Assembly (NCBI GenBank): GCA_963847225.1
Contig: CAWJYZ010000003.1
Coordinates: forward strand, 819,763-883,762
DNA from: an uncultured bacterium
GTDB lineage: Bacteria; Chloroflexota; Dormibacteria; Aeolococcales; Aeolococcaceae
DNA: 64,000 bases
Reading direction: 5' to 3'
The first letter of the stretch is position 1. Each line of letters starts with the position of its first letter. The notes under the pieces are model-generated. The model had not been told where the DNA came from. It made no database searches and saw nothing but the letters and a program-made list of their open reading frames with translations. This document shows, piece by piece, positions 28,622-38,594 of the stretch. The position numbers were made by a program, and so were the translations under genes.

Positions 28622-28793
28622 GCTTCCTCCAGGGTACACAGGGAGATGCGGAGGCCAGTCCGGGCGACCCTAGGGGCCGACAGAAGCCCGAGGAGGGTGG
28701 TGATCCCGGGGTCGTCGAAGGCGTCGGCCGGTCACGCGTGGCCGGCTGGTAGGGTGGGACGGTCCGCCCGCCCACCTGTCGAGGTCCAGAGCG

Positions 28794-29744
28794 ATGCAGC
28801 TGCGCATCTTCACGGAGCCGCACGTCGGCGCCACCTACGCCGACATCCTGAGAGCAGCGCGGGCCGCGGAGCAGGGGGGCTTCGACGGCTTCTTCCGGTC
28901 GGACCATTACCTGTGGGGGGCGGGTGGCGGAGAGCCGGGGCCGACTGACGCCTGGATCACTCTCGCCGGGCTCGCCCGCGAGACCCAGCGCGTCCGCATT
29001 GGGACGCTGCTCAGCGCCGCCACCTTCCGTCTCCCCGGTCCGCTGGCCATCGCCGCCGCCCAGGTCGACATCATGAGCGGCGGTCGACTCGAGCTGGGCT
29101 TGGGAGCGGCGTGGTTCGAGAGGGAGCACCGCGCCTACGGCATTCCGTTTCCTTCCCGCGGTGAGCGTATGGATCGGCTGGAGGAGCAGCTGCAGGTGAT
29201 CCGCGGCCTCTGGACGACGCCCCTCGGCGAGCGGTTCTCCTTCCCGGGCCGTCACTACCAGATCGACGATTCACCGGGCCTGCCCAAGCCTCGGCAGTCG
29301 CCGCATCCGCCCATCATCGTGGGCGGGCTCGGCCCGCGTCGCACGCCGCTGCTGGCGGCTCGCTACGCGGACGAGTACAACGCTCCATTCACCTCCCCCG
29401 ACACCTGCCACGCTCAGTACCAGCGCGTCCGGGAAGCCTGCGCCGCGACCGGCCGCAGCCCGGACGCCGTCGTGTACTCCGCGGCGGTCACGGTCTGCTG
29501 CGGCCGGGATCGCGCCGAGGTGCGGCGTCGGGCCACGGCCATCGGTCGCAACGTGGACGACTTCGGTGAGGGTGGCGTCGCCGGGACGCCCGACGAAGTG
29601 ATCCGGGGCCTCGAGCGGTACCGTGAGGCGGGTGCCTTGCGCCTCTACCTCCAGCTGATCGACCTGCGCGACATCACCCACATCGAGCTGCTGGCGACGG
29701 AGGTGCAACCTCACCTACAAGACACGGCGCGCGGCCTGGCCTGA
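28794..29744 (+). CDS. LLM-class (F420-dependent-type) oxidoreductase
   Basis: FFRSDHY, DAWITLAGLARET and GRLELGLG. Confidence 0.92.
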   Translation: MQLRIFTEPHVGATYADILRAARAAEQGGFDGFFRSDHYLWGAGGGEPGPTDAWITLAGLARETQRVRIGTLLSAATFRLPGPLAIAAAQVDIMSGGRLELGLGAAWFEREHRAYGIPFPSRGERMDRLEEQLQVIRGLWTTPLGERFSFPGRHYQIDDSPGLPKPRQSPHPPIIVGGLGPRRTPLLAARYADEYNAPFTSPDTCHAQYQRVREACAATGRSPDAVVYSAAVTVCCGRDRAEVRRRATAIGRNVDDFGEGGVAGTPDEVIRGLERYREAGALRLYLQLIDLRDITHIELLATEVQPHLQDTARGLA

Positions 29745-29867
29745 ACTGAAGACGCGCAGAGGGGAGAACCCTGGGAGATCTCTCCGTCGGTCCAGCGATG
29801 AGTTCCCCGTTCCCTTCTGTCGTATCTCACAAGGCCCGACCCGAACGCTCCAGGAGGAGGTGGTTCC

Positions 29868-30143
29868 ATGAGGCTGGATAAGCGGTTCACCGCCACCCTG
29901 CAGAAGAGCCCCAACCGGGGTGGCTGGACCTACGTTGTCATGCCTGACTCGGCGGAGTACTTTGGGACCCGAGGGCTGGTGAAGGTCCGGGGTACGGTGG
30001 ACGGTCAGCCATTCCGCAGCTCGTTCATGGCACTTGGCGATGGCACCCACAAGCTGCCCATCAAGGCCGACCTGCAAGGAGCGATCGGCAAGCGCCCCGG
30101 TGACGCGGTCAGCATCCACCTGGAGGAGCGTCTCCCGCGCTGA
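29868..30143 (+). CDS. DUF1905 domain protein
   Basis: [15 protein letters not shown] and HKLPIKA; RBS AGGAGG. Confidence 0.85.
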   Translation: MRLDKRFTATLQKSPNRGGWTYVVMPDSAEYFGTRGLVKVRGTVDGQPFRSSFMALGDGTHKLPIKADLQGAIGKRPGDAVSIHLEERLPR

Positions 30144-30382
30144 GGGGCACGGCCGGGTCGCCGTGTGATGCCTGGAGGTTGGCTCGTCTGGCTGACCATG
30201 TTTGGCCACGTTGGCCTGATGCTCGCTGACTTCAACGGCGCCAGTTTCCTGAGATACCAGCTGAGCATCAGCTCCATGCTGATGTCAGCGGGCTTCGCCC
30301 TCTCCACGTTCTGCTACGTCGGCGTGCTGAGCCTGGCCGGCTGAGAAGCGGCAGCGCCAGACAGGCCGCCTGCGCTGTGGCG

Positions 30383-30418
30383 TCAAACTCATGATAATGC
30401 ATATTATCATGAACTTGA
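30383..30418. other. dif-like site-specific recombination site
   Basis: ACTCATGATAA-TGCATA-TTATCATGAAC (11-6-11) with TCAA/TTGA extensions; intergenic between convergent genes. Confidence 0.7.
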
Positions 30419-30532
30419 GATTGGGAAGGGGACGGGAGGTGCCCCTCCTTCGAGGCGCTGGCCGGAGCCTTCCCGCCTCGAGGGCGCGCCCATTCGGCGG
30501 GCAGCGTTTCCGGGGCGTCCGCGCTTCTCCGC

Positions 30533-31498
30533 TCATAGGAGACGGACCACCTCCTCGGCGCAGCCCCAGCACAGGGTGACGCCGGACCCGCCGTGCCCGT
30601 AGTTGTGGATCACCGTGGCGGCCCCGGCCGTCTCCCGCTCCAGGCGCACCTGGTCGCGTCCCGGGCGCAGCCCGACCTGATGCTCGAGGACGCGAGCCCC
30701 TTGCAAGGCGGGGACGAGCGCGCTGCAGCGGCGGAGGATGCTGGCGGCGGTGGCGGGATCGGGCTCGAGCCCCCACTCCCCCCTCTGCGCCGTCCCGCCG
30801 AGGATGCAGTCATCGCGCCGCGGGTGGATGTACGTCCGTCCCTCGGGGTGCCCCTCGTCGCGCAGCGAGAGGCTGAGGCCCGGGTTGGCGACCCGAACCA
30901 GCTGGCCGCGGATGGGGAACAGGCCGTCATCGCCGGCGAGCTCGCGTGCGCCGAGGCCGGAGCAGTTCACCAGGACGGATGCCTCCCCTCCGGCCTCGTC
31001 GAGGGAGTTGACGTGGCGGCGGCTGAGGCTGCCGCCGAGGTCACGCACCCGCTCGGCGAGCAGCGCCAGGTATTGGGGCATGAAGGCCTGCGGCGCCGTG
31101 AAGCGGAGGCCGTGTGCGTACCCCGGGGGCAGATCCTCGGGCGCGGCGGCCACGACCGGACCGGGCAGGGCGTCGATCCACCAGGGACGCCCGGGATCCT
31201 CGCGGTAGAGCATGAGGCACTCCCGCATCACCACCGGGGAGTCGGACCTCGAAGTTTCGGTGGCCAGGACCTCGAAGGTCCGCGCGCCCCAGCCGGCGCT
31301 CCGTGCCCCTGCCTCCACGGCGTGCGGGAACCATGTCCCCGGAGCGAGGAAGGAGGGGGTCGTCTCCACCTCCCGGTCAAAGACGACTTGCACCGGGCGT
31401 CCGGACTCGAGGATCCTGATGGCGCTGGTCAGGCCGATAACACCGGCGCCGACGACCAGGACATCGGCACCGCTGCGAGGGGCGGCCCTCACGCCCAC
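30533..31498 (-). CDS. D-amino-acid oxidase
   Basis: GAGVIG, PIRGQ, GLRPGR and HNYGHGGSG. Confidence 0.92.
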   Translation of the reverse strand: MGVRAAPRSGADVLVVGAGVIGLTSAIRILESGRPVQVVFDREVETTPSFLAPGTWFPHAVEAGARSAGWGARTFEVLATETSRSDSPVVMRECLMLYREDPGRPWWIDALPGPVVAAAPEDLPPGYAHGLRFTAPQAFMPQYLALLAERVRDLGGSLSRRHVNSLDEAGGEASVLVNCSGLGARELAGDDGLFPIRGQLVRVANPGLSLSLRDEGHPEGRTYIHPRRDDCILGGTAQRGEWGLEPDPATAASILRRCSALVPALQGARVLEHQVGLRPGRDQVRLERETAGAATVIHNYGHGGSGVTLCWGCAEEVVRLL

Positions 31499-32475
31499 TT
31501 GATCTCCCGGCCCACACCCCGAGCCCGCGCCGCTCGCACCGCGAGGTGAGCGGCGGCGGCATCCTGGGCGGCGATGCCCACCGATTTGTAGAGGGTGACC
31601 TCGTCGCCGGAGGTGCGCCCGGGGCGCACCCCCGCGACCACCTCGCCGATCTCGGTGAGGTCATCCCGTGCGATGCGTCCCTCGCCCATGGGGATGCGCA
31701 GGTCGTGGCACCCACCCGGCGGTGGCGCCAGGGCTGCGTCGCGGGACTCGACAAAGACCCTGGACCCGGAAACGGTCGCGAAGTCCACCTCCCGGCCCTC
31801 CTGATTCAGGCCGACGGAGGAGACGTGCACCCCGGGCGCGAGGTTCTCGCGTCGGACCACCGGCTCGGCGGAATGGGTGGTGGCACAGATCACGTCGGCG
31901 CCCCGGCACGCGGCTTCGATGCTCTCCGTCGCGACCACCTCGCGACCGAGCTCATCGGAGAGCAGGACGGCGAGGGCCGTCGCCCGGCCGCGATCGCGGC
32001 CGGCGATCCGGATCGCGGTGAAGTCTCGGACCCGGCTTACGGCGTGCGCGTGAGAGCGGGCCTGCACCCCGGTGCCGATGATCGCCAGGACCGACGCGTC
32101 ACCCCGAGCGCAGAGGTCTGCCGCAAGCGCGGACCCGGCCGCGGTGCGCGCCGCGGTGATCGAGGTGCCGTCGACCAGCGCGACCGGCTCCCCGGTGGCG
32201 GAGTCGAAGACGACGACCACCGCTTGGTGCGTCGGCAGGCCCAGGTCAGCGTTGCCCGGGAAGACGCTCACCAGCTTGGCGGCGAGGCTGCTCAGCCCGG
32301 GAAGGTGGGCGGGCATGGCGGCAAGGAGCCCGTTGCGCTCGGGGACGAGAGCAGCGATCCGGGTGGGCATCGAGGCTCTACCCGCGCTGACCTCGACCAT
32401 CGCCGCCGCCATCGCGTCCCGCAGCTCGTCGGGGTCGAGGAGGCTCGCCGTCTCGGCCGGGGTGAGGAGGAGCAC
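31489..32475 (-). CDS. Ornithine cyclodeaminase/mu-crystallin family protein
   Basis: KLVSVFPGN, TAARTAA, GTGVQA and YKSVGIAAQD. Confidence 0.93.
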   Translation of the reverse strand: MLLLTPAETASLLDPDELRDAMAAAMVEVSAGRASMPTRIAALVPERNGLLAAMPAHLPGLSSLAAKLVSVFPGNADLGLPTHQAVVVVFDSATGEPVALVDGTSITAARTAAGSALAADLCARGDASVLAIIGTGVQARSHAHAVSRVRDFTAIRIAGRDRGRATALAVLLSDELGREVVATESIEAACRGADVICATTHSAEPVVRRENLAPGVHVSSVGLNQEGREVDFATVSGSRVFVESRDAALAPPPGGCHDLRIPMGEGRIARDDLTEIGEVVAGVRPGRTSGDEVTLYKSVGIAAQDAAAAHLAVRAARARGVGREIKWA

Positions 32476-32501
32476 GGTGGCGAGTGTGGGGCTCAGCTGG
32501 A

Positions 32502-33446
32502 TCAGCCGACGGTGAGCACGATCTTGCCCAGCTTGCCTCCGGCCAGCAAGCGCGCGTACGCGTCGGCGGCCGCTGCGAGGTCATAGGTCGCGGCGACCGG
32601 CACTGTGATCCGGCCCTCGGCAAGGAGGGGAAGCACCTCGGCCTCGACCCGGGAAACCGCTCTCCCCCGCTCCTCCGACGACCTTGGTCGCAGCGTCGAC
32701 CCCAGTAGCCGTGCCCGCCTGCCCATGAGCTGCCGGAGGTCGACGTGGACCTGCGCTCCGGCTCCGATGCCGATCACCGAGATCCGACCGCCAATCGCCA
32801 GGGCGTCGAGGTTGGCCGGGAAGTTCACTGCTCCAACCAGCTCGAGGATGACGTCGAAGGGCCCGGCGGCCGCTGTGTCCGCGGGGTCGATGACCTCGGC
32901 GCCCAGCTCTGCCACGGTATCGCGCAGCCGCTCATTGCGAACGCTGGCCGTCACCCTCGCGCCCAGGGCGGCACCGAGCTGGACAGCGGCTGTGCCGACG
33001 CCTCCGGCGGCGCCGTGGACGAGAAGGCGCTCGCCGCTCCGGAGTCCGCACTGGGTCATCAGGGCATCATGGGCGGTGACGAACACCTCGGGGAAACCTC
33101 CGGCCTGGGGCCACTCGACGGTCGTTGGCACGGGCATGGTCTCCCGCTCGTCGACCACAGCCAGCTCCGCCTGCCCACCGCCCCGCACCAGGGCCATGAC
33201 CCGATCTCCGGGACGGTACCGCTCCGTCCCCGCGCCGGCGGCGACCACCTCCCCCGCGAGCTCCAGCCCAGGGATGTCCGAGGGCACCCCGGCTGGCGCC
33301 GGGTAGAGCCCCTGAACCTGCATGGGGTCCGCGCCATTGATGCCCGCGGCTCTCACCCGGACCAGCAGCTGCCCCCGCCCCGGCGGCGCGGGATCGGGAT
33401 GCTCGGCGATGACGATGGACCGGTCGACGATGGTCACGGCGCGCAT
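32502..33446 (-). CDS. NAD(P)H:quinone oxidoreductase (MDR family)
   Basis: PGLELAG, HGAAGGVG and GKIVL. Confidence 0.9.
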   Translation of the reverse strand: MRAVTIVDRSIVIAEHPDPAPPGRGQLLVRVRAAGINGADPMQVQGLYPAPAGVPSDIPGLELAGEVVAAGAGTERYRPGDRVMALVRGGGQAELAVVDERETMPVPTTVEWPQAGGFPEVFVTAHDALMTQCGLRSGERLLVHGAAGGVGTAAVQLGAALGARVTASVRNERLRDTVAELGAEVIDPADTAAAGPFDVILELVGAVNFPANLDALAIGGRISVIGIGAGAQVHVDLRQLMGRRARLLGSTLRPRSSEERGRAVSRVEAEVLPLLAEGRITVPVAATYDLAAAADAYARLLAGGKLGKIVLTVG

Positions 33447-33537
33447 TCCGAGACCTCATTCTCCGCTGCCGTCGCGGCTTCTGTTGCCGCAGGTTACGGT
33501 TCGCCGGACTATCCGCCCTCGCTACCATGCGCTTCCC

Positions 33538-33912
33538 ATGAGCGACGCCAAGGCAGAGAGGTTGGCCGCCTCCACACGTTCAGCGGTCATCAGCTGGGAC
33601 GACTTCGCCCGGATTGACATCCGTGTCGGGCGGATCGTGGAGGTCCTGGACTTCCCGGAGGCACGTCGCCCAGCCTGGAAGCTGCGCATCGACCTCGGAC
33701 CGGAGATCGGCCTGCGATCGTCGTCGGCGCAGATCAAGAACTACACGGCGGAGGAGCTCCACGACCGGCTCGTCCTCGCCGTCGTCAACTTCCCGCCCCG
33801 TCAGATCGGGCCCTTCCGCTCCGAGGTGCTGACTCTCGGCACCTACAGCGCGGGGGAGGTCCTGCTCGTCTCGCCGGCGCCGGGCGCGCAGCCGGGTGAC
33901 CGCCTCGGCTGA
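33538..33912 (+). CDS. csaA: tRNA-binding protein / CsaA-like chaperone
   Basis: DIRVGRI, SSAQI and VVNFPPRQIG..SEVL. Confidence 0.88.
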   Translation: MSDAKAERLAASTRSAVISWDDFARIDIRVGRIVEVLDFPEARRPAWKLRIDLGPEIGLRSSSAQIKNYTAEELHDRLVLAVVNFPPRQIGPFRSEVLTLGTYSAGEVLLVSPAPGAQPGDRLG

Positions 33913-34836
33913 TCAGCGCAGCTCGGTGCGCAGCTCGTGGGAGCCATCGTCTCGGGCTGCCTCGTAGTAGAGGCGATGACGCCCGCCTGGGAGGGGAACC
34001 ACGGAGACGTAGCGGAGGCCACCTCTCCCGTGCGGAGAGGACGCGACCGGAGTGTCGCCCACCGGTTGGAGGCGGCTCGGGGAGGGCCCGTGGGCGAGCC
34101 CGGTCCGTTCCTCGAAGTTCTCTGCGGCACTGGCTCGGCCGTCGTACAGGGCGACCCAACCGCCCGCTTCGGCCCAGGCGGCAGTGATGCGGGTGCCTCG
34201 CTCGTCCCAGCGGCCGGCCAAGGGACGGAGGGCGTCGCCTTCGAGGTGCCAGCTCACACCATCCAGGCTTCGCGCATAGACGCTCCACATCCGGTCGGTG
34301 GCATCCGGGTCGTCGAGGGGATGAGCGCAGACCCACGCTTCCCAGCCGTCCCGGGTTTCGTGTATCACCGGGTCTTTCACGGCGGTGTGGCCGTCGCCGG
34401 GAAAGACGACTCGCGGTTGCGCCGTCCCGAGCTCCTCGGGTGTCGCCGCCTCCAGGAGCTCGATACGCCAGTGCTTGGTGCCGGGAGTTGCGCAACTGGC
34501 GTAAAGACGCCAGCGCCCCTCGGGGGTTCGGGCGATGGCTGGCCGCTCCAGGGATTCGGCGCCGAACATCTCCTTCGATACGGCCGTCACGGTGGAGAAA
34601 TGGAGGTGGTCGTCGGAGCGGACGACGACGAGCTCGACCCCCCTCCCCTCCCCTTCCGGGCGGCGTGCCCGATAGGCCAGGTACATGACGTCGCCAGCGA
34701 GGAACGCGCTGGGCGCTCCGGCCCAGTTACCGGGTCCCGAACCAGGCGCGGGTACCACGAGCTCCGAGCCGCTATAGAGCGGCACGGGGAGGGTGTCTCC
34801 TGAAGTTAGGAGTCCCGAGCCGGGGGCGCCGCTCAC
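33913..34836 (-). CDS. Putative five-bladed beta-propeller glycoside hydrolase
   Basis: WAGAPS, YRAR, SLERP and KDPVI repeats; last gene of the sugar ABC operon. Confidence 0.65.
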   Translation of the reverse strand: MSGAPGSGLLTSGDTLPVPLYSGSELVVPAPGSGPGNWAGAPSAFLAGDVMYLAYRARRPEGEGRGVELVVVRSDDHLHFSTVTAVSKEMFGAESLERPAIARTPEGRWRLYASCATPGTKHWRIELLEAATPEELGTAQPRVVFPGDGHTAVKDPVIHETRDGWEAWVCAHPLDDPDATDRMWSVYARSLDGVSWHLEGDALRPLAGRWDERGTRITAAWAEAGGWVALYDGRASAAENFEERTGLAHGPSPSRLQPVGDTPVASSPHGRGGLRYVSVVPLPGGRHRLYYEAARDDGSHELRTELR

Positions 34837-34843
34837 CGGGCGC

Positions 34844-35944
34844 TCAGCGTGAGGTCAGGCTGAGCTCGGTTTGCGGGTCAAAGAGGTAGACGTGCTGCGG
34901 CTTGGCCGACAGCGTGACGTTATCCCCGACCTTGCAACGGGCATCCGCATCCACGATGGCGACGACGTCGCTGGCGGCGGTGGCGGCGTGGATCAGCTCG
35001 TCGCTGCCGAGAAACTCGACGACGTCGATGCCAGCTGAGAGCCGCAGCCCCGGCCCTCCGGGATCACCAACCGTGAGGTGTTCAGGGCGGAAGCCCACCG
35101 TGATGGTGTCGCGCCCGAGGTCGCGGAGGCGGGCAGCCTGCGCATCGCTGAGCGTGACCGTCACGCCCTCCGTGACCAGCTTGGCAGTGCCGTTCATCTT
35201 GAGTTTCAGATCGACGAAGTTCATCGACGGCGAGCCGATGAACCCGGCGACGAATCGGTTGCGCGGCGATTCGTAGAGCTCTTGGGGGGTGCCTGCCTGC
35301 TGCAGCAATCCCTCGCTCATCACGGCAATGCGGTCGGCCATGGTCATGGCCTCAACCTGGTCGTGGGTGACGTAGATCATGGTGGCTTCCAGGCGCTGAT
35401 GCAGCCGGGCGATCTCGGCCCGGGTCTGCACGCGCAGCTTGGCGTCGAGGTTGGAGAGCGGCTCATCCATGAGGAAGGCGGCGGGCTCACGGACGATGGC
35501 CCTTCCCAGGGCGACTCGCTGGCGCTGGCCGCCGGAGAGCTGGCCCGGCTTGCGGTCCAGGAAGCGCTCCAGATCGAGGATCCGAGCCGCCTCGCGCACC
35601 GCAGTGTCGATCTTCTCCTTGGGCGTCTTGCGCAGCTGCAGCCCGAAGGCCATGTTGCTGTAGACGTTCATGTGAGGGTACAGGGCATAGCTCTGGAAGA
35701 CGAGGGCGATATCGCGGTCGCGGGGTGGCAGGAAGTTGACAACCCGCTCGCCGATCCGCACCCGCCCGTCGGTGATGTCCTCCAGGCCGGCGATCATCCT
35801 GAGCGCCGTGGTCTTGCCGCATCCCGATGGACCGACAAGGCACACGAACTCGCCGTCGGCGATGTTGAGATTGAGCTTGTCGACGGCTAGCGTCGTACCG
35901 CCCTGGTAACGCTTGGTGAGATCCTCGAGGACAACTTGAGCCAT
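34844..35944 (-). CDS. Sugar ABC transporter ATPase (MsmX/MsiK-like)
   Basis: [25 protein letters not shown] and TOBE domain. Confidence 0.95.
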   Translation of the reverse strand: MAQVVLEDLTKRYQGGTTLAVDKLNLNIADGEFVCLVGPSGCGKTTALRMIAGLEDITDGRVRIGERVVNFLPPRDRDIALVFQSYALYPHMNVYSNMAFGLQLRKTPKEKIDTAVREAARILDLERFLDRKPGQLSGGQRQRVALGRAIVREPAAFLMDEPLSNLDAKLRVQTRAEIARLHQRLEATMIYVTHDQVEAMTMADRIAVMSEGLLQQAGTPQELYESPRNRFVAGFIGSPSMNFVDLKLKMNGTAKLVTEGVTVTLSDAQAARLRDLGRDTITVGFRPEHLTVGDPGGPGLRLSAGIDVVEFLGSDELIHAATAASDVVAIVDADARCKVGDNVTLSAKPQHVYLFDPQTELSLTSR

Positions 35945-35953
35945 GTCAATGCC

Positions 35954-36910
35954 TCACTTCACTGCGCCGGCGAGGACGCCTCGGACGAAGTAACGCTGGA
36001 ACGAGAAGAATACGATGAGCGGAACCACTATCGAGATGATCGCTCCGGTGGCGATGATGTAATAGCTCTGAGCGAATTCGTGCAGCTGACCGTAGATGAA
36101 GACGGGAAGCGGGACATGAGTGTTGCCGCCCAGGAAGATGAGCGCGACCATCAGGTCGTTCCAGACCCAGATGAACTGGAAGATGGCCAGCGAGGCCAGC
36201 GCCGGAATCCCCAGAGGCATGACGACGCGACGGAAGAGGGTCCATTCGCCAGCGCCGTCGATGCGCCCGGCCTCCAGGAGATCCTTGGGGATCCCCGTGT
36301 AGAAGTTGCGCATCAGGAAGATCCCGAAGGGAAGCCCGAAGGCGACATGGAAGATCACCACGCCGGGGATCTGCCCGAAGACCGGGATGCCGGTCGTCGA
36401 GGTGAAGGTCTTGTAGAGCTGCGCGACCGGAACCAGGCCCACCTGCACGGGCACCACCATGAGGGCGACGCAGAGCAGGAAGGCCGGGGTGCGGCCCCGC
36501 CAGCGCCCGAAGACGAGAGAGTAGGCCGTGAGACTGGAGACGACGGCGACCAGGAGGGTGGCCGGCACGGTGATGACAATGGCGGTGATGAGCGAGTCCA
36601 TCACGCTCCCCGCGGCCAGGCCGCCGGGAACCGTCGCCCCTCCTCCACCGACGATGAGATCCTGGTAGTTGGAGAGGCTGAGATGGAGGGGCCCGGTCAG
36701 CCAGTTCGTAACGTTCCACCATCCGGTGACCCCGTAGGCCGCCTCCGGGCGCAAGGAGATCACCAGCAGGCTGATGGTGGGCACCATCCAGAAGAGGGCG
36801 ATGAGCGCGAGTACTGCGTTTAGTACGAGACGGGAGGGGCGCCATCCGATGGCGCGACGCCACCCGCTCCGAGCCAGCGACGGAGCAGCCACCGACGCCA
36901 CAGCGCTCAT
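35954..36910 (-). CDS. Carbohydrate ABC permease (AglG-like)
   Basis: EAGRIDGA EAA loop and WVWND. Confidence 0.92.
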   Translation of the reverse strand: MSAVASVAAPSLARSGWRRAIGWRPSRLVLNAVLALIALFWMVPTISLLVISLRPEAAYGVTGWWNVTNWLTGPLHLSLSNYQDLIVGGGGATVPGGLAAGSVMDSLITAIVITVPATLLVAVVSSLTAYSLVFGRWRGRTPAFLLCVALMVVPVQVGLVPVAQLYKTFTSTTGIPVFGQIPGVVIFHVAFGLPFGIFLMRNFYTGIPKDLLEAGRIDGAGEWTLFRRVVMPLGIPALASLAIFQFIWVWNDLMVALIFLGGNTHVPLPVFIYGQLHEFAQSYYIIATGAIISIVVPLIVFFSFQRYFVRGVLAGAVK

Positions 36911-38388
36911 CCGCGGATCCTCCTCAGATTCATGAGCATCGCAGGGATGACGAGGATGAAGAGGATCACGGCGATGGCACTGGCCACGCCGTAGTTGGAG
37001 CTGCTGCTGAAGCCCTCATTGTAGACGAGCGTGGCCAGGGTGTTGGCATCCCCTTGCGACGATCCCGGCATGGTGATGATGATGTCGAAGATCTTGATGA
37101 CGTTGATGATCATGGTGACGAAGACCACGACGAGCACCGGGGCCAGCATGGGAATGGTGACGCGGCGCAGGGTCTGCCATTCCGTGGCGCCATCGATGCG
37201 TGCCGCCTCCAGCACCTCCCGGTTGAGGGCAGCAAGGCCGGCGCCGAGAACCACCATGGCGAATCCGGCCCAGATCCACAGGTAGGCGACGATCATCGAG
37301 AAGTCGACGAGAGGTACGGCGAGCAGCGCCTGGGCGGTCTGGCTGAGATGCGTCGTCGGCGTCACCGACGCTTCGTTGCCGCCCAGCCAGTTGATCCCGG
37401 TGAAGCCGGAGCTGAAGTTGCCGCTGTCGAGGCGCACGGTGTAGCTGCCCGAGGGAACGTGCGTGATGGTGAAGTCGCCGTGCAAGTCGGTGACGGCCGA
37501 GCCGACGCTGCTGCCGCTCGACGACAGCAGCGTGACGTGCAGCGCTGGCAGCCCGTCCTCGTCTGGGAACACCTGGCCCGTCTTGTTGGGATGGCTGGGC
37601 GAGAAGTCACGCCACACCAGCCCGGTCACGGCTCCGGGTACGGAGGCTGGAACCGCCGCCGGCTTGGCTCCGAGCATCTTGAGGGTCGTGACAGCAAAGC
37701 CTGAAAGGCCCAAACGAACGGTGCTTCCCGGGTGGACGCTCGCGGTACTCACGAGGCTGCCTCCGGGTCCCGCCTTGACCCCCGTGGAGACATACTGGGC
37801 CGCGGTCTGGCCGCCGGGCACCGGATATGCCCCTGGGGGGTTGAACCAGTCGCTGATGGTGATGAGGGTGGCGTTCAGCATGCCGACGTTCGGGTCGGTG
37901 TCAACCGCCGCCCGCCAGACCATGGCGGAGGCCGTCATGCTGAAGACGATGGGCATGAACATGATGGTCTTGAAAGCCGTCGACCAGCGGATCCGCTCGC
38001 TGAGGACGGCGAACACCAGCCCGATGAAGGTGACGAGGAAGGGGAAGAGCACCACCCAGATGACCTGGTTCTTGAAGGCGACGAGGATGTCGGCGGTGGA
38101 GAAGACGGCCTTGTAGTTGCCGAGTTCCACGAAGCTTGTGGAGTTGGCGTCGTAAAGGCTGTCGCGCACCGTCACCACCAGGGAGTAGACGACGATCACC
38201 AGCAGCCAGATGGCACCGGGGGCGAGGAAGGCGAGGGAGCCGAGGTGGGAGCGCCAGCCCTTGCCCGGAGGCCGGCCGGTCTGCGCTCGTTCGCCGGCGG
38301 CCGGCTCTTCGCGGGCGGCCTCGGATTCAGTCGTGGGCACGGTGACGGCTCGCTGGACCCCGGTCCAGCGCCGCCATACGACGCTCAA
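36907..38388 (-). CDS. Carbohydrate ABC permease (AglF-like) with a large extracytoplasmic insert
   Basis: EAARIDGA and WIWAGF; SdrD-B/CnaB-like insert. Confidence 0.9.
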   Translation of the reverse strand: MSVVWRRWTGVQRAVTVPTTESEAAREEPAAGERAQTGRPPGKGWRSHLGSLAFLAPGAIWLLVIVVYSLVVTVRDSLYDANSTSFVELGNYKAVFSTADILVAFKNQVIWVVLFPFLVTFIGLVFAVLSERIRWSTAFKTIMFMPIVFSMTASAMVWRAAVDTDPNVGMLNATLITISDWFNPPGAYPVPGGQTAAQYVSTGVKAGPGGSLVSTASVHPGSTVRLGLSGFAVTTLKMLGAKPAAVPASVPGAVTGLVWRDFSPSHPNKTGQVFPDEDGLPALHVTLLSSSGSSVGSAVTDLHGDFTITHVPSGSYTVRLDSGNFSSGFTGINWLGGNEASVTPTTHLSQTAQALLAVPLVDFSMIVAYLWIWAGFAMVVLGAGLAALNREVLEAARIDGATEWQTLRRVTIPMLAPVLVVVFVTMIINVIKIFDIIITMPGSSQGDANTLATLVYNEGFSSSSNYGVASAIAVILFILVIPAMLMNLRRIRG

Positions 38389-38594
38389 GCGCTCACCGTT
38401 GGCACCAAGGGCTCCGCTCCCATCGAACGCACCAACATCTCACCCTCGCGGGGGATGGTCCCCCCGTGGGCGACCGTCTCAAGATGGCGGTGTTGCCAGG
38501 AGTAGCGTGATACTAGCGCCATCCGAGCAACGTGACTAGAGCCCACGCTGCTCCCGGAAGAGGTGGAGCGGGAACGCGCTATGAGGAGATGCGG

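Noticed and set aside
30391-30410. Fur box
   Set aside because: Half-sites are spaced 7-4-7 rather than 7-1-7, and the site lies between convergent gene ends, not in a promoter.
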